From an uncultured Trueperaceae bacterium (GTDB lineage Bacteria > Deinococcota > Deinococci > Deinococcales > Trueperaceae), in NCBI GenBank assembly GCA_963815215.1, contig CAWFFU010000003.1, forward strand, positions 1,147,767-1,211,766: a DNA stretch of 64,000 nt. Direction: 5' to 3'. Shown in pieces: positions 20,782-30,329 of the stretch (its first letter is position 1; every line of letters starts with the position of its first letter). The notes beneath the pieces were generated by a model. The model made no database searches. It was given only the letters and a program-made list of their open reading frames with translations, and was not told the origin of the DNA. The position numbers and the translations under genes are program-made.

Positions 20782-21581
20782 CGGGCGGCCCAGCCGGCCG
20801 ACGGCCCTGGCATGTGCGCGAACCGCGCGAGGAGGGCCGCCGGACCTTGATCGAGCGTGGCGAGGGTGGCGCCCGCGAGCTGGAGCTCCAGCGCCTGCGG
20901 CTCGGCGAAGGGAAGCGCCAGGAGCTTCACTTCCCGGGATGCGAGGCTGTCGTGGTGCTGCTGGACGGCACGGTGGAGTTCGCCGCCGACAAGACCGTTC
21001 ACGGCGCGAGCCGCTCCGACCCGTTCTCGGGTCCTGCCAGCGCTCTCTACCTGCCCCCCGATGCGACGGCGACGGTCCGAGCGATCTCGAACGATTGCGA
21101 GCTCCTGGCGGTCACCACACCGTGCCACACGCCGGGCTCGATCCGCTTCGTGGCCCCCGACGAGGTCGAAGTCGTGGACCGCGGCGTCGACGGCTACCGG
21201 CGCGAGGTCCACAACATCCTCGTCGACGACGACGTGGCACAGCGGCTGTTGGTCGGTGAGACTTTCAACCCGCCCGGGGGCTGGTCGAGCTTCCCTCCGC
21301 ACAAGCACGACGGCGAGAACGGCGAGCCCTACCTCGAGGAGGTCTACTACTACCGGACCGATCCCCGGCGCGGCTTCGGCTTCCAGGGCCTGTACGCCAA
21401 CGACGGCACGCTCGACGAGGCGACACGCGTGCTGGACGGGGACGCGGCCCTTCTTCAGCGCGGTTACCATCCCGTGGCCGCGGCCCCCGGCTACCGCCTG
21501 TACTACTTCTGGGCGCTCGCCGGAGAACAGCGCAAGCTGGTGGTGTTCGAGGACGAGGCGCACGCCTGGATCGGCCGCTAG
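20778..21581 (+). CDS. IolB/KduI family isomerase (5-deoxy-glucuronate isomerase-like)
   Basis: GGWSSFPPHKHD, LEEVYYYR, GFGFQ, GYHPVAAAPGY.LYYFWALAG. ATGA overlap with the transketolase gene. Confidence 0.88.
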   Translation: MTGGPAGRRPWHVREPREEGRRTLIERGEGGARELELQRLRLGEGKRQELHFPGCEAVVVLLDGTVEFAADKTVHGASRSDPFSGPASALYLPPDATATVRAISNDCELLAVTTPCHTPGSIRFVAPDEVEVVDRGVDGYRREVHNILVDDDVAQRLLVGETFNPPGGWSSFPPHKHDGENGEPYLEEVYYYRTDPRRGFGFQGLYANDGTLDEATRVLDGDAALLQRGYHPVAAAPGYRLYYFWALAGEQRKLVVFEDEAHAWIGR

Positions 21582-21763
21582 GCGCTCCGACCGGCCCCCG
21601 ACGGCGCCGATCCCGGCGCCTCGGGCCGCACGCACAACCGTTCAAGACAAGCAGGGCGCTCTCCGCCTAGGATCCCCCTCGATGCGCGTAGCCCTCGAGG
21701 GGGACGCCCGGGCTCCCGCCCGTATGCACGGCGGCCTCCCTCGGAGCGGAAGGTGAGGCCGTC

Positions 21764-22636
21764 ATGCCCATCGGATTCATCGGTCTCGGCGTCATGGGGT
21801 TGCCCATGGCCCTGCGACTCGCTGGAGCAAACGTCGAGCTCGTCGTCTGGAACCGCTCGCCGGAGAGGTCCGAACGACTCCGCGCGGCCGGAGCAACGGT
21901 AGCGCCCAGCCCGGCCGGAGTCTTCGCGCGGGCGCGCACGGTGATCCTCATGCTGGCCGACGCAGACGCGACCGACGCCACCTTGGGCCGCGGCACCCCC
22001 GCGTTCGCCGCCAACGTGGCAGGACGAACGATCGTGCCCATGGGCACGACCACGCCCGGCTACTCGCACCGGCTCGAAGCCGACGTCCTCGCTGCCGGCG
22101 GTCGGTTCGTCGAAGCCCCGGTCTCCGGGTCGCGGGGACCCGCCGAGGATGGCACCCTGGTCGCGATGCTGGCCGGCGAGCCCGCCAGTATCGAGCGGGT
22201 CCGACCGCTCCTCGATCCGATGTGCCGGGACTCCGTCGTGTGCGGACCGGTCCCCACGGCGCTGCTCATGAAGCTATCTGTCAACGTCTTCCTGATCGGG
22301 ATGGTCACGAGCCTGGCGGAGTCCGTGCACTTCGCCGAACGCCACGGGCTGGACTTGAGCCTGCTCCGGACCGTGATCGACGCCGGACCGATGGCGAGCG
22401 TCGTGTCACGGGCCAAGATGGCCAAGCTCGTCGAACGAGACTTCACTGTGCAGGCCGCGATCCCGGACGTGCTCAAGAACGCACGGCTCATCACCGACGA
22501 GGCGCGCGCGGCCTCCCTGGCCTCGCCCTTGCTGGACGTCTGCCACGCCCTGTATGCCGAGGCCCTGACGCTGGGCTTCGGCCGGTCCGACATGGCTGCC
22601 GTGCTCCACGCGATCGAGGGTCGTACCGACGCGTGA
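21764..22636 (+). CDS. NAD(P)-dependent beta-hydroxyacid dehydrogenase family protein
   Basis: [23 protein letters not shown], catalytic Lys in MKLSVN. Confidence 0.9.
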   Translation: MPIGFIGLGVMGLPMALRLAGANVELVVWNRSPERSERLRAAGATVAPSPAGVFARARTVILMLADADATDATLGRGTPAFAANVAGRTIVPMGTTTPGYSHRLEADVLAAGGRFVEAPVSGSRGPAEDGTLVAMLAGEPASIERVRPLLDPMCRDSVVCGPVPTALLMKLSVNVFLIGMVTSLAESVHFAERHGLDLSLLRTVIDAGPMASVVSRAKMAKLVERDFTVQAAIPDVLKNARLITDEARAASLASPLLDVCHALYAEALTLGFGRSDMAAVLHAIEGRTDA

Positions 22637-22709
22637 TCCGCGTGATCCCATCGGCGTGATCCCATCTGCGTGATCCGATCCCGGCCGTGCTGACCCCACG
22701 GATCGACCG

Positions 22710-23606
22710 CTATCCCGGCGCGGAGCTCCCCGCGGCCCGCCCCCGCACCGCGGCGGCCCATGCCGCGGGCGTCAGACCGTAGGTCCGTTTGAACGACCGA
22801 GACATGTGGCTCTGGTCGGTGAACCCGGACTCCAGGGCCACGGCAGACAGCGGCATGCCCGCAAGCATCATGCGGCGCGCCCGGTCCAGTCGCCGCATCG
22901 TGCAGAAACGGCTCGGGCTGGTGCCGAAGGCCTGCCGGAACCGCCGCGCGAGCGTCCACCGGTCCAGACCCGAGATCCGCTCGAGCGCCTCGACCCGGTG
23001 CCGTACCGTCGGATCCTCAACGATGATCTCCCTCACGCGCAAGAGCTGGGCCCACGGCAGCGGAGACGGGCGGGGCGCCGACGCGCCGGCGTGCCGCTGC
23101 AACGAGGCGGCGACGGCCACCGCGACGTCCACGCGCTCGACCTCCCCGAGAGGCTCATCGATCCGCCGCAGGTATGCGCCCAGCGTCGGATCCATCTGCG
23201 CGCGCCCGATGACCGGATCGGCCACGAACGGGAGCGCCCGCCCCCCCAGCGCTTCCTGCACGAGTGCGGGGTCGATGTAGAGGATCGCATAAGCGAACCC
23301 GTCCTCCGTGCCGGCGCCACCGTCGTGCACCTCATCCGGGTGGAGGACATGTCCTTCCCCCGGCAGGCACACGCGCCGTCGACCGCGGTATCGGAACGTC
23401 TGCACACCCGCCAGCGTCACCCCGATGGCGTACGTGTCGTGCCGATGCGGCGCGTATGCCAGGCCCCGGAGGCGCACCGCGACACGCTCGACGCCCTCGG
23501 CTCCGGCACCGAGCTTCAGCCACAATCCGCTCGCTCCGCGTTCGCCGACAGGCTCGGACAGCCCGCGCAAAGGGGCGTCGGCATCCGTATCCAGGCTCAC
23601 TCTCAC
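22710..23606 (-). CDS. AraC family transcriptional regulator (cupin + HTH)
   Basis: PHRHDTYAIGVT, HPDEVHDG, RFRQAFGTSP, GFTDQSHMSRSFKRTYGLTP. Leaderless start inferred (TAGCTT 7 nt before GTG 23606). Confidence 0.9.
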   Translation of the reverse strand: MRVSLDTDADAPLRGLSEPVGERGASGLWLKLGAGAEGVERVAVRLRGLAYAPHRHDTYAIGVTLAGVQTFRYRGRRRVCLPGEGHVLHPDEVHDGGAGTEDGFAYAILYIDPALVQEALGGRALPFVADPVIGRAQMDPTLGAYLRRIDEPLGEVERVDVAVAVAASLQRHAGASAPRPSPLPWAQLLRVREIIVEDPTVRHRVEALERISGLDRWTLARRFRQAFGTSPSRFCTMRRLDRARRMMLAGMPLSAVALESGFTDQSHMSRSFKRTYGLTPAAWAAAVRGRAAGSSAPG

Positions 23607-23786
23607 CGCACTCAAGCTACACCAGGGCGGACCCCGGCGGGCCCGCCGGAAGGCCGCACCATGACGGGCGCTCGGCCGCTCGACACGGCCCGGCCACAGG
23701 GGAGGAACCACGCAGCCAACGGGACAATCGCACCTCTCGACCACGCGCGAAGCGGACCTACCCTGAGCCGACGGCTGCGAGGTCCC

Positions 23787-24773
23787 GTGCACATCCCTGA
23801 CGGCTTCATCTCCCTTCCCACTTCGCTCGCTGCCGCCGCGGCGGCAGCGGCGGGCGTGGGCGTGGCCTTGCGACGGAGCGACGCCGCCCTGGAACGGAGG
23901 GCCGTCCCCCTCGCCGGGCTCCTCGCTGCGTTCATCTTCGCCGCCCAGATGCTCAACGTCCCCATCGCGGCCGGCACCAGCGGCCACCTCCTGGGCGCAG
24001 GCCTGGCGGCCGTCCTGCTGGGGCCGTGGCTCGCCACGGTCAGCTTGACGGCCGTCGTGCTCGTGCAGGCCTTGCTGTTCGCGGACGGCGGGATCGTGGC
24101 CCTCGGCCTCAACGTGCTCAACATGGCGGTGGTGGCGCCCTGGCTGGCCTGGGGCGCGTTCCGCCTCGCCCAGGCGACCCTGCCGCGCAACTCAGCGTCC
24201 GACGCGACCGCCACGTTCCTCGCGGGCGCGCTCGGAGTCGTGGGTGCGGCCGGCGCCTTCGGCCTCGAATACGCGCTGGGCGGCGTGGGTGGCGTCCCCG
24301 TGTTGCTGGTGGCAGGCACCATGCTCGGCGTCCACGCCGTCATCGGGGTGGGGGAGGGACTGATCACGGCCGCCGCGGTCGGCACGATCCGCTCGCTCCG
24401 TCCCGATCTCGTCGCGAGCGCCGGCCCCAGGTCCGCGCGTGCCGCGCACGGAGCGCGCCGCCGACGCCTGGCGGGCGCCGCCGCGGTCCTGGCCGCCCTG
24501 GCACTGGCCGCTGCCGCGGGCCCACTGGCTAGTACCTTGCCGGACGGCCTCGAGCACGTGGCGTCGACGCTCGGATTCGCGGGCCACGAGCGCCTCAGTC
24601 CGGTCGCCGCCGGACCGCTGGCGGGCTACTCCATGCCCGGCATGGCCGCCGCCGTGGCGGGAACGTCGCTGGCCGGGGTGTTGGGCGTGCTCGCCGTACT
24701 TGCCGTGACCGCGGCCGTGCGGGGCCTGCGGAGCCTCCACGCCCGCGGAACCGAGGAGCGCGACCCGACGTGA
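23787..24773 (+). CDS. nikMN: ECF Ni/Co transporter S component, NikM-NikN (PDGLE) fusion
   Basis: Starts MHIPDGF; FAAQM, GTSGH, QALLFADGG, GVGEG; C-terminal LPDGLE motif. Confidence 0.88.
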   Translation: MHIPDGFISLPTSLAAAAAAAAGVGVALRRSDAALERRAVPLAGLLAAFIFAAQMLNVPIAAGTSGHLLGAGLAAVLLGPWLATVSLTAVVLVQALLFADGGIVALGLNVLNMAVVAPWLAWGAFRLAQATLPRNSASDATATFLAGALGVVGAAGAFGLEYALGGVGGVPVLLVAGTMLGVHAVIGVGEGLITAAAVGTIRSLRPDLVASAGPRSARAAHGARRRRLAGAAAVLAALALAAAAGPLASTLPDGLEHVASTLGFAGHERLSPVAAGPLAGYSMPGMAAAVAGTSLAGVLGVLAVLAVTAAVRGLRSLHARGTEERDPT

Positions 24774-25627
24774 GGCCCGTTCGCGTGAGGCCCGTTCGCG
24801 TGAGGCCCCGTCGCGCAGCGCCCGAAGCGGGCCATGCCTCGGCCGCGACCCACACCGCGACCCAGACCGCGACCCAGGCCGCGACGATACCGGGAGCGGT
24901 CCCTCCGGGCTGGACCCGTCTCGCCCCGCAGGCCAAGCTCGCCTCCATGCTGGCGACGGCGGTCGCCGTGGTGGCCCTGCCGGTCACGGCCTACGCCGCC
25001 TTCGTGGCCATCGCGGCCGTCCTCGCGGGATTGCTCGTCTCAGCCCGTATCCGGCCGCGTTGGCTGCTCCGGCGCATCTGGATCGGTACCCCTGTCGCGC
25101 TCTACGCGCTCCTCCTGCCCTTCACGCACGCGCACCCCACCTCCACCCTGGTGGGCTTGCCGTGGTCGCCCGTCGGCGCCCAGGCGGGCGCCGCCCTGTT
25201 CATCAAGGCTGTCCTGTCGCTGCTGGCAGCGTCGCTGGTCGCTGCCACGACACCGAGCGCGGACCTGCTCGTAGGAGCGCAGCGCCTCGGTTTCCCGCCT
25301 CGGCTCATCGAGGTGGCCGGCTTCATGTTGCGTTATCTCGATCTCGTGACGGCCGACCTTCAGCGGACCCGCACGTCGATGGCGGCCCGCGGCTTCCGCG
25401 GCCGGGGCGCCGCAGCCGCCCGCCTGCTGGCTCCTCTTCTGGGACACCTCTTCGTGCGCACGTTCGAGCGAGGCGAGCGCGTCTACCAGGCGATGCACGC
25501 ACGCGGATACGACGGCCGCGTGCCCGACCTGGGGCGTCGGTCCGTGAGCGTCGACGCGTGGTTGACGGCCGGTCTCGTCCCGGCGTTCGCGTGGGGGTGC
25601 TACGCGTGGGCGCACCTCGCCCGCTAG
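24770..25627 (+). CDS. ECF Ni/Co transporter T component (NikQ/CbiQ)
   Basis: FMLRYL, MAARGF, RTFERGERVYQAMHARGYDG. Confidence 0.9.
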   Translation: MRPVRVRPVRVRPRRAAPEAGHASAATHTATQTATQAATIPGAVPPGWTRLAPQAKLASMLATAVAVVALPVTAYAAFVAIAAVLAGLLVSARIRPRWLLRRIWIGTPVALYALLLPFTHAHPTSTLVGLPWSPVGAQAGAALFIKAVLSLLAASLVAATTPSADLLVGAQRLGFPPRLIEVAGFMLRYLDLVTADLQRTRTSMAARGFRGRGAAAARLLAPLLGHLFVRTFERGERVYQAMHARGYDGRVPDLGRRSVSVDAWLTAGLVPAFAWGCYAWAHLAR

Positions 25628-25634
25628 GCCCGCC

Positions 25635-26468
25635 GTGACCCGGGACCGTCGCCACGCCGCCGGTATCACCGCTGCGGGCGCCTCGCCCGCCGACCCCGGC
25701 GGCGAAACGGCGCCGACTCGCGAAGGCCGGGAGCTGCTCGCCGTCGACGACCTCTGGTACGACTATCCCGACGGCACGGCCGCCCTGAGCGGCGCCTCGC
25801 TCCGGCTCCGGAGCGACGAGCGGCTGGCGCTGCTCGGGCCGAACGGCTCCGGCAAGACCACGCTCGTGCTGCACTTGCTCGGCGTCCTTCGCGCCGCCAG
25901 CGGCAGCATCCGCGTCCTGGGAAGGCCGCTCGACTCCTCCGGCATCGACGCCGCGGGCGGCCGGCTAGGGGTCCTGTTCCAGGAGCCGCGCGACCAGCTC
26001 TTCATGGCGCGGGTGTGGGACGACGTGGCGTTCGGCCCCGCCAACCAGGGGCTGAGCGGCGACCCCCTCGACCGTCGTGTCGAGGAAGCGCTGTGCACCG
26101 TCGGCCTCGCGGGCGCCGGCGAACGCTCGCCGGCCCATCTGAGCGTCGGGGAGCAGCGCCGCGCCGCACTGGCAGCCGTGCTCGCCATGCGGCCCGAGGT
26201 CCTGGTGCTCGACGAGCCCACGGCGAACCTCGACCCTTCCGGACGCCGCGATCTGGCGCGCCTGCTCATCGACCTGCAGATCCCGCTGCTGTTGGTGACG
26301 CACGACCTGCCGTTCGCCCTCGAGCTGTGTCCGAACGCGCTCGTCATGGACGGCGGACACATCGTCGCCGGCGGCCCCACGGCGACACTCCTGGGCCAAC
26401 GCGAGACCATGCGACGGCACCGTCTCGAGTTGCCCTACGGCTTCGACCCTGGGGCCGGTCGGGGGTAG
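25635..26468 (+). CDS. ECF Ni/Co transporter ATPase (NikO/CbiO)
   Basis: GPNGSGKT, DQLF, HLSVGEQRR, LDEPTANLD, VTHD. Confidence 0.92.
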   Translation: MTRDRRHAAGITAAGASPADPGGETAPTREGRELLAVDDLWYDYPDGTAALSGASLRLRSDERLALLGPNGSGKTTLVLHLLGVLRAASGSIRVLGRPLDSSGIDAAGGRLGVLFQEPRDQLFMARVWDDVAFGPANQGLSGDPLDRRVEEALCTVGLAGAGERSPAHLSVGEQRRAALAAVLAMRPEVLVLDEPTANLDPSGRRDLARLLIDLQIPLLLVTHDLPFALELCPNALVMDGGHIVAGGPTATLLGQRETMRRHRLELPYGFDPGAGRG

Positions 26469-26640
26469 CACGGGGACACGCTAGGCCGCGGGGCGCGGCC
26501 GAGGTCCGGAAGCCCCCACCAGCGGTCCCGCCCGAGCCGTCGCGTCAAGCGTTTGACGGTGCGCCGCGGCCGAGCGCTGCACGATGGTCATCGCTGACCC
26601 CCTCCCCCATCCTCATCGGCGGACCCAGCAGGAGGAGACC

Positions 26641-28032
26641 ATGAGCGAACCCTACGACGTCATCGTGATCGGAGCCGGCCAGGGCGGTGGCCCACTCGCC
26701 GGCAAACTCGCCAAGGCCGGGCAGCGCGTCGCCCTCGTCGAGCGCCAGCACGCCGGCGGTACCTGCGTCAACGAGGGCTGCACCCCGACCAAGACCATGA
26801 TCGCCAGCGCCCGCGTTGCCCACGTCGCACGCCGCGCCGCCGAATACGGCGTTCACACCGGCGACGGTGGCGTCACCATCGACCTGGAACGCGTGCGCCA
26901 ACGCAAACGCGACATCGTCGAATCGTTCCGTGACGGCTCCGAGGCCAGCCTCCGGAAGATCGAGCCGCTCGACCTCCTCATGGGCACCGCCCGCTTCACC
27001 GCACCCCACGAGATCCACGTGGACCTCAACGACGGCGGGCACCGCGCCCTGACCGCCCCAACCATCGTCATCGACGTCGGCACGCGGCCGACCGTCCCAC
27101 CCATCGACGGCCTCGACAGCGTCGACTTCCACACCAACGCCAGCATCATGGAGCTCGCCGAGGTCCCCGAGCATCTCATCATCATCGGAGGCGGCTACGT
27201 CGGCGTCGAGTTCGGCCAGATGTTCCGCCGCTTCGGGAGCCGCGTCACCCTCGTCGACCGCGGCCCTCAACTCCTCGCCCACGAGGACGCCGACGTCGCT
27301 GACGCCCTCACGGGCATCCTCCGCGACGAAGGCATCGATGTCTGGCTGAACGCCGAAACGCGGTCGGTGGGCACCGTCGACGGCGGACTGTACCTCACGG
27401 CCACCGTCGACGGTGAGCGCCGCAGCGTCCGCGGGAGCCATCTGCTCGTCGCCACCGGGCGCCGCCCGAACACCGACGGCCTTGGGATCGAGCACGCCGG
27501 CATCACGCCCACCGAGCACGGTCACATCCGCGTGGACGATCGCCTCCGCACCGGCGTCGAAGGCATCTATGCCCTCGGTGACGTCACCGGTGGACCCGCC
27601 TTCACCCACACCTCGTACGACGACTACCGCATCCTCGCCTCCGACCTCCTCGGCGACGGCGGGTACCGCGGCCGTAGCGAACGGCTGCTCGCCTACACCG
27701 TCTATAGCGACCCCCAGCTCGGGCGCGTCGGTCTCACCGAACGACAGGCGCGCGCCACCGGACGCGACGTGTGGGTAGCCACCCTCCCCATGAGCCACGT
27801 GGCCCGCGCCCTCGAGACCGACGAGACGCGCGGATTCATGAAGGCCATCGTCGACGCCGGCTCGGCCCGCATCCTCGGCGCGGCCGTCCTCGGATCGGAA
27901 GGCGGCGAGCTCGCGGCCGCCCTGCAGATCGCCATGCTCGGCGACCTTCCCTACACCGCGCTGCGGGATGCGCCCCTCGCCCACCCCACCTACGCCGAGT
28001 CCCTGAACAACCTCTTCGCCCGCGTCCCGTGA
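26641..28032 (+). CDS. Pyridine nucleotide-disulfide oxidoreductase (MerA-like/RclA-like, no C-terminal Cys pair)
   Basis: GAGQGG, GGTCVNEGCTPTK, GGGYVGVE, HPTYAESLNNLF at the C-terminus. AGGAGG RBS. Confidence 0.88.
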   Translation: MSEPYDVIVIGAGQGGGPLAGKLAKAGQRVALVERQHAGGTCVNEGCTPTKTMIASARVAHVARRAAEYGVHTGDGGVTIDLERVRQRKRDIVESFRDGSEASLRKIEPLDLLMGTARFTAPHEIHVDLNDGGHRALTAPTIVIDVGTRPTVPPIDGLDSVDFHTNASIMELAEVPEHLIIIGGGYVGVEFGQMFRRFGSRVTLVDRGPQLLAHEDADVADALTGILRDEGIDVWLNAETRSVGTVDGGLYLTATVDGERRSVRGSHLLVATGRRPNTDGLGIEHAGITPTEHGHIRVDDRLRTGVEGIYALGDVTGGPAFTHTSYDDYRILASDLLGDGGYRGRSERLLAYTVYSDPQLGRVGLTERQARATGRDVWVATLPMSHVARALETDETRGFMKAIVDAGSARILGAAVLGSEGGELAAALQIAMLGDLPYTALRDAPLAHPTYAESLNNLFARVP

Positions 28033-28250
28033 AGGGGGAAGCGCCACGATTGTGGCCCGAGGGAACCCGCACACCGCGTTCGTGGCTGGCGTCGGCAGGG
28101 CTGTCGATCGCCGTCGTAGCGGTGATGGTGGTCGCGAGCGTCTTCCTGAATCCGCTTCTAGGCCGCGTCGTCCACTGGCGCCGCATCGACATCGGTGCGC
28201 CCATCGCCACACTCGTCTTCGCACTGGCGTTCCGACGCCGCTGGCTCTGA
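28029..28250 (+). CDS. Small two-helix membrane protein
   Basis: GTGA overlap with the oxidoreductase stop; AGLSIAVVAVMVVASVFL and IGAPIATLVFALAFRRRWL. Confidence 0.55.
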   Translation: MKGEAPRLWPEGTRTPRSWLASAGLSIAVVAVMVVASVFLNPLLGRVVHWRRIDIGAPIATLVFALAFRRRWL

Positions 28251-28290
28251 GGGAACGCGGATGCGCTCGCCCCGTTCGGGAAGGTCGTCC

Positions 28291-28647
28291 ATGAACAAGA
28301 TCGCCGTCCTCATCCTCGCCGACACCGAGACCCACGGCGATCTCGGAAGGGCCGTCAACGCCCTGGAAGTCGCTAAGGAGTTCAAGGAAGCCGGGGACCA
28401 GGTCGCCATCGTCTTCGACGGGGCCGGCACCCGCTGGATCGCCGAGCTGTCGAATCCCGAGCACAAGCGGCACGCGCTCTTCGAATCGCTGCGAGATGTC
28501 ATCCTCGGCGCCTGCGCCTTCTGCTCCGCCGCCTTCGGGGTGAAGGACGCCGTCGTCGCGGCGAACGTCAGCCTGTTGAGCGCGTTCGAGCAGCACCCCA
28601 GCATCCGCTCGCTCGTCAACGAGGGTTACCAGGTCATCACCTTCTGA
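28291..28647 (+). CDS. DsrE/DsrF-like family protein
   Basis: ALEVA...VAIVFDGAG, GACAFCSAAFG (CxxC), EGYQVITF end. Confidence 0.8.
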   Translation: MNKIAVLILADTETHGDLGRAVNALEVAKEFKEAGDQVAIVFDGAGTRWIAELSNPEHKRHALFESLRDVILGACAFCSAAFGVKDAVVAANVSLLSAFEQHPSIRSLVNEGYQVITF

Positions 28648-28711
28648 TCGCCTGGGCCGGTGGCAGGGCGCCACGAAGCTCCATGCCACAGCCCACGGAA
28701 GGAGCTGTCGA

Positions 28712-28834
28712 GTGCCGGATACCGCTGTCACCTTCGAGAACCGGCGGGGCGAGCGCCTGAGCGCCCGCCTCGCGCTGCCCGTCGATCGAGCGCCGGCAGC
28801 GTACGCGCTGTTCGCGCGCTGCTTCACCTGCTCA
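28712..28834 (+). pseudogene. 5' remnant of an alpha/beta-hydrolase(-OsmC fusion) gene
   Basis: AAGGAG RBS then MPDTAVTFENRRGERLSARLALPVDRAPAAYALFARCFTCS, resembling the FAHCFTC N-terminus of this family. The resemblance ends at the stop codon of the convergent Crp gene. Confidence 0.7.
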
Positions 28835-29527
28835 GCCGTCGGCCAGCGAGTCCGCCAGCGACGCCAGCGCGGCAGCGTGCACCCGGTAGGTCCCCCGGCT
28901 CCCCTCCACCAGGCCGCGCTCACGCAGCTCCCCCATGGCCATCGTCACGGACACCCGCGTCGCCGACACCATCGAGGCGATCTCCTCGTGCTTCAGGCTC
29001 GATGCCACCGTGACCCAGCCTTCGTCGTCCGCTTCGCCGAACCGCTCGGCCAGGCCCAGCAGCGCCTTCGCCACCCGCACCATCACCGGGTCGAAGCCGC
29101 TCGCGAGTTGCGCACGGCAATCGAACAGGTGCCCGGACAGGATCTCGCACACCCCCAGCACGAAGCCCGGCGCCTTCAACGACATCTGCAAGAACTGATC
29201 GCGGGAGATCGGACAGGTCACGACGTCCGTGAGCGCCACCGCCTCCGCGCGATACGCCGCTCCCTCCGCCACGAAGGCGTCGCCGATGAAGTCGTCGGGC
29301 CCGCACAGGGCCAGGATCCGCTCCTCCCCCTCCGGCGTCGCCACCGATACCTTCACGCGTCCCCTGGCGATCACGTGCATCTCGCTCGCCGGGTCCCCCG
29401 CCCGGAACACCGCGTCCCCCCGGCCGTACGGGCGCTCCGGACACACCCGCATGAACACGTCCATGTCCTGACGGGCGATGACTTCCGAGAACCGGGTATT
29501 GCGAACGACGAACGGACGATCACTCAT
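28832..29527 (-). CDS. Crp/Fnr family transcriptional regulator
   Basis: VFRAGDPA..MHVIARGRVKV, cNMP-binding-like domain, HTH LKHEEIASMVSATRVSVT. Confidence 0.92.
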   Translation of the reverse strand: MSDRPFVVRNTRFSEVIARQDMDVFMRVCPERPYGRGDAVFRAGDPASEMHVIARGRVKVSVATPEGEERILALCGPDDFIGDAFVAEGAAYRAEAVALTDVVTCPISRDQFLQMSLKAPGFVLGVCEILSGHLFDCRAQLASGFDPVMVRVAKALLGLAERFGEADDEGWVTVASSLKHEEIASMVSATRVSVTMAMGELRERGLVEGSRGTYRVHAAALASLADSLADG

Positions 29528-29740
29528 GGTGGCCCGATCATAGCGTCCGGCACATCTCCCGGCCGGATTCCGGACGTACGCGACCTGCGGCGCCCCGGCC
29601 CGCGGCTACGCCTGTTCACGAGGAGCTCACGAGGAGCTGGGAGCGGCGGCCGACCGGACCCGCACCCCGTGCACGCGGTCAACTGCCGAACAGACGCGCT
29701 CGGCGGATGCGCCTACGATCAAAGCGAACCCGGAGGCGAC

Positions 29741-30172
29741 ATGGCATCGAGAGGCCTGCTATTCACGTTCCTGATCAGCGCCCTGGCGCTCGCGCCCATC
29801 GCCGCCGCCGGCACGCCCAGGAGCGGCACGCCCAGGAGTACCGTCGGCGAGAACGTTCCGGCGCCGCCGCTGCCCTTCCCCAGCCACAACGACCCCTCGC
29901 TGTGCGGCATCCCCCAACCGATGGGCAAGGGCGTCACAGGGGTGCTCGACGGGCGCTACCGCGGCGCGCTGGTCGAGCCGACCGTCTACCTCTACGACAG
30001 CCACCTGCGCAAGGCCGTCACCGGCGAGGCGCCGAGCGGAACGCCCGTCCGCGTGCTCTACTACCAGAGCAATCCCACGCTGGACTACTACATGGTTCGC
30101 GTGAAGACCTCGACTGGTAGCTTCGAAGGGTGGGTGCCCGCGCCGTTCCTGCGGGGCGTGACAACCCCCTGA
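29741..30172 (+). CDS. Secreted protein of unknown function (possible SH3-like C-terminal domain)
   Basis: GGAGG RBS, signal peptide MASRGLLFTFLISALALAPIAAA, ends YYMVRV...EGWVPAPFL. Confidence 0.7.
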   Translation: MASRGLLFTFLISALALAPIAAAGTPRSGTPRSTVGENVPAPPLPFPSHNDPSLCGIPQPMGKGVTGVLDGRYRGALVEPTVYLYDSHLRKAVTGEAPSGTPVRVLYYQSNPTLDYYMVRVKTSTGSFEGWVPAPFLRGVTTP

Positions 30173-30329
30173 GCAGGCTTCGGCGCTGCGCAGCGCGCTC
30201 GGGCCAGCAGCCCTCACACGTGGCGCCGCGAACGATCGAGGGCTCCGCCCCGGCGCCGCCGATCCGCTGTCGAGATCGGCGGCGCAACATCCCATGGCCG
30301 GCTCCCGCGGAGCCGAACCCGGGAGACGC

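Noticed and set aside
23607..23786. Cobalamin or NiCo riboswitch upstream of nikMN
   Set aside because: No B12-box or other recognisable aptamer motifs in this short intergenic region.
26641..28032. Mercuric reductase merA
   Set aside because: No C-terminal Cys-Cys, no N-terminal metal-binding domain and no mer genes nearby.
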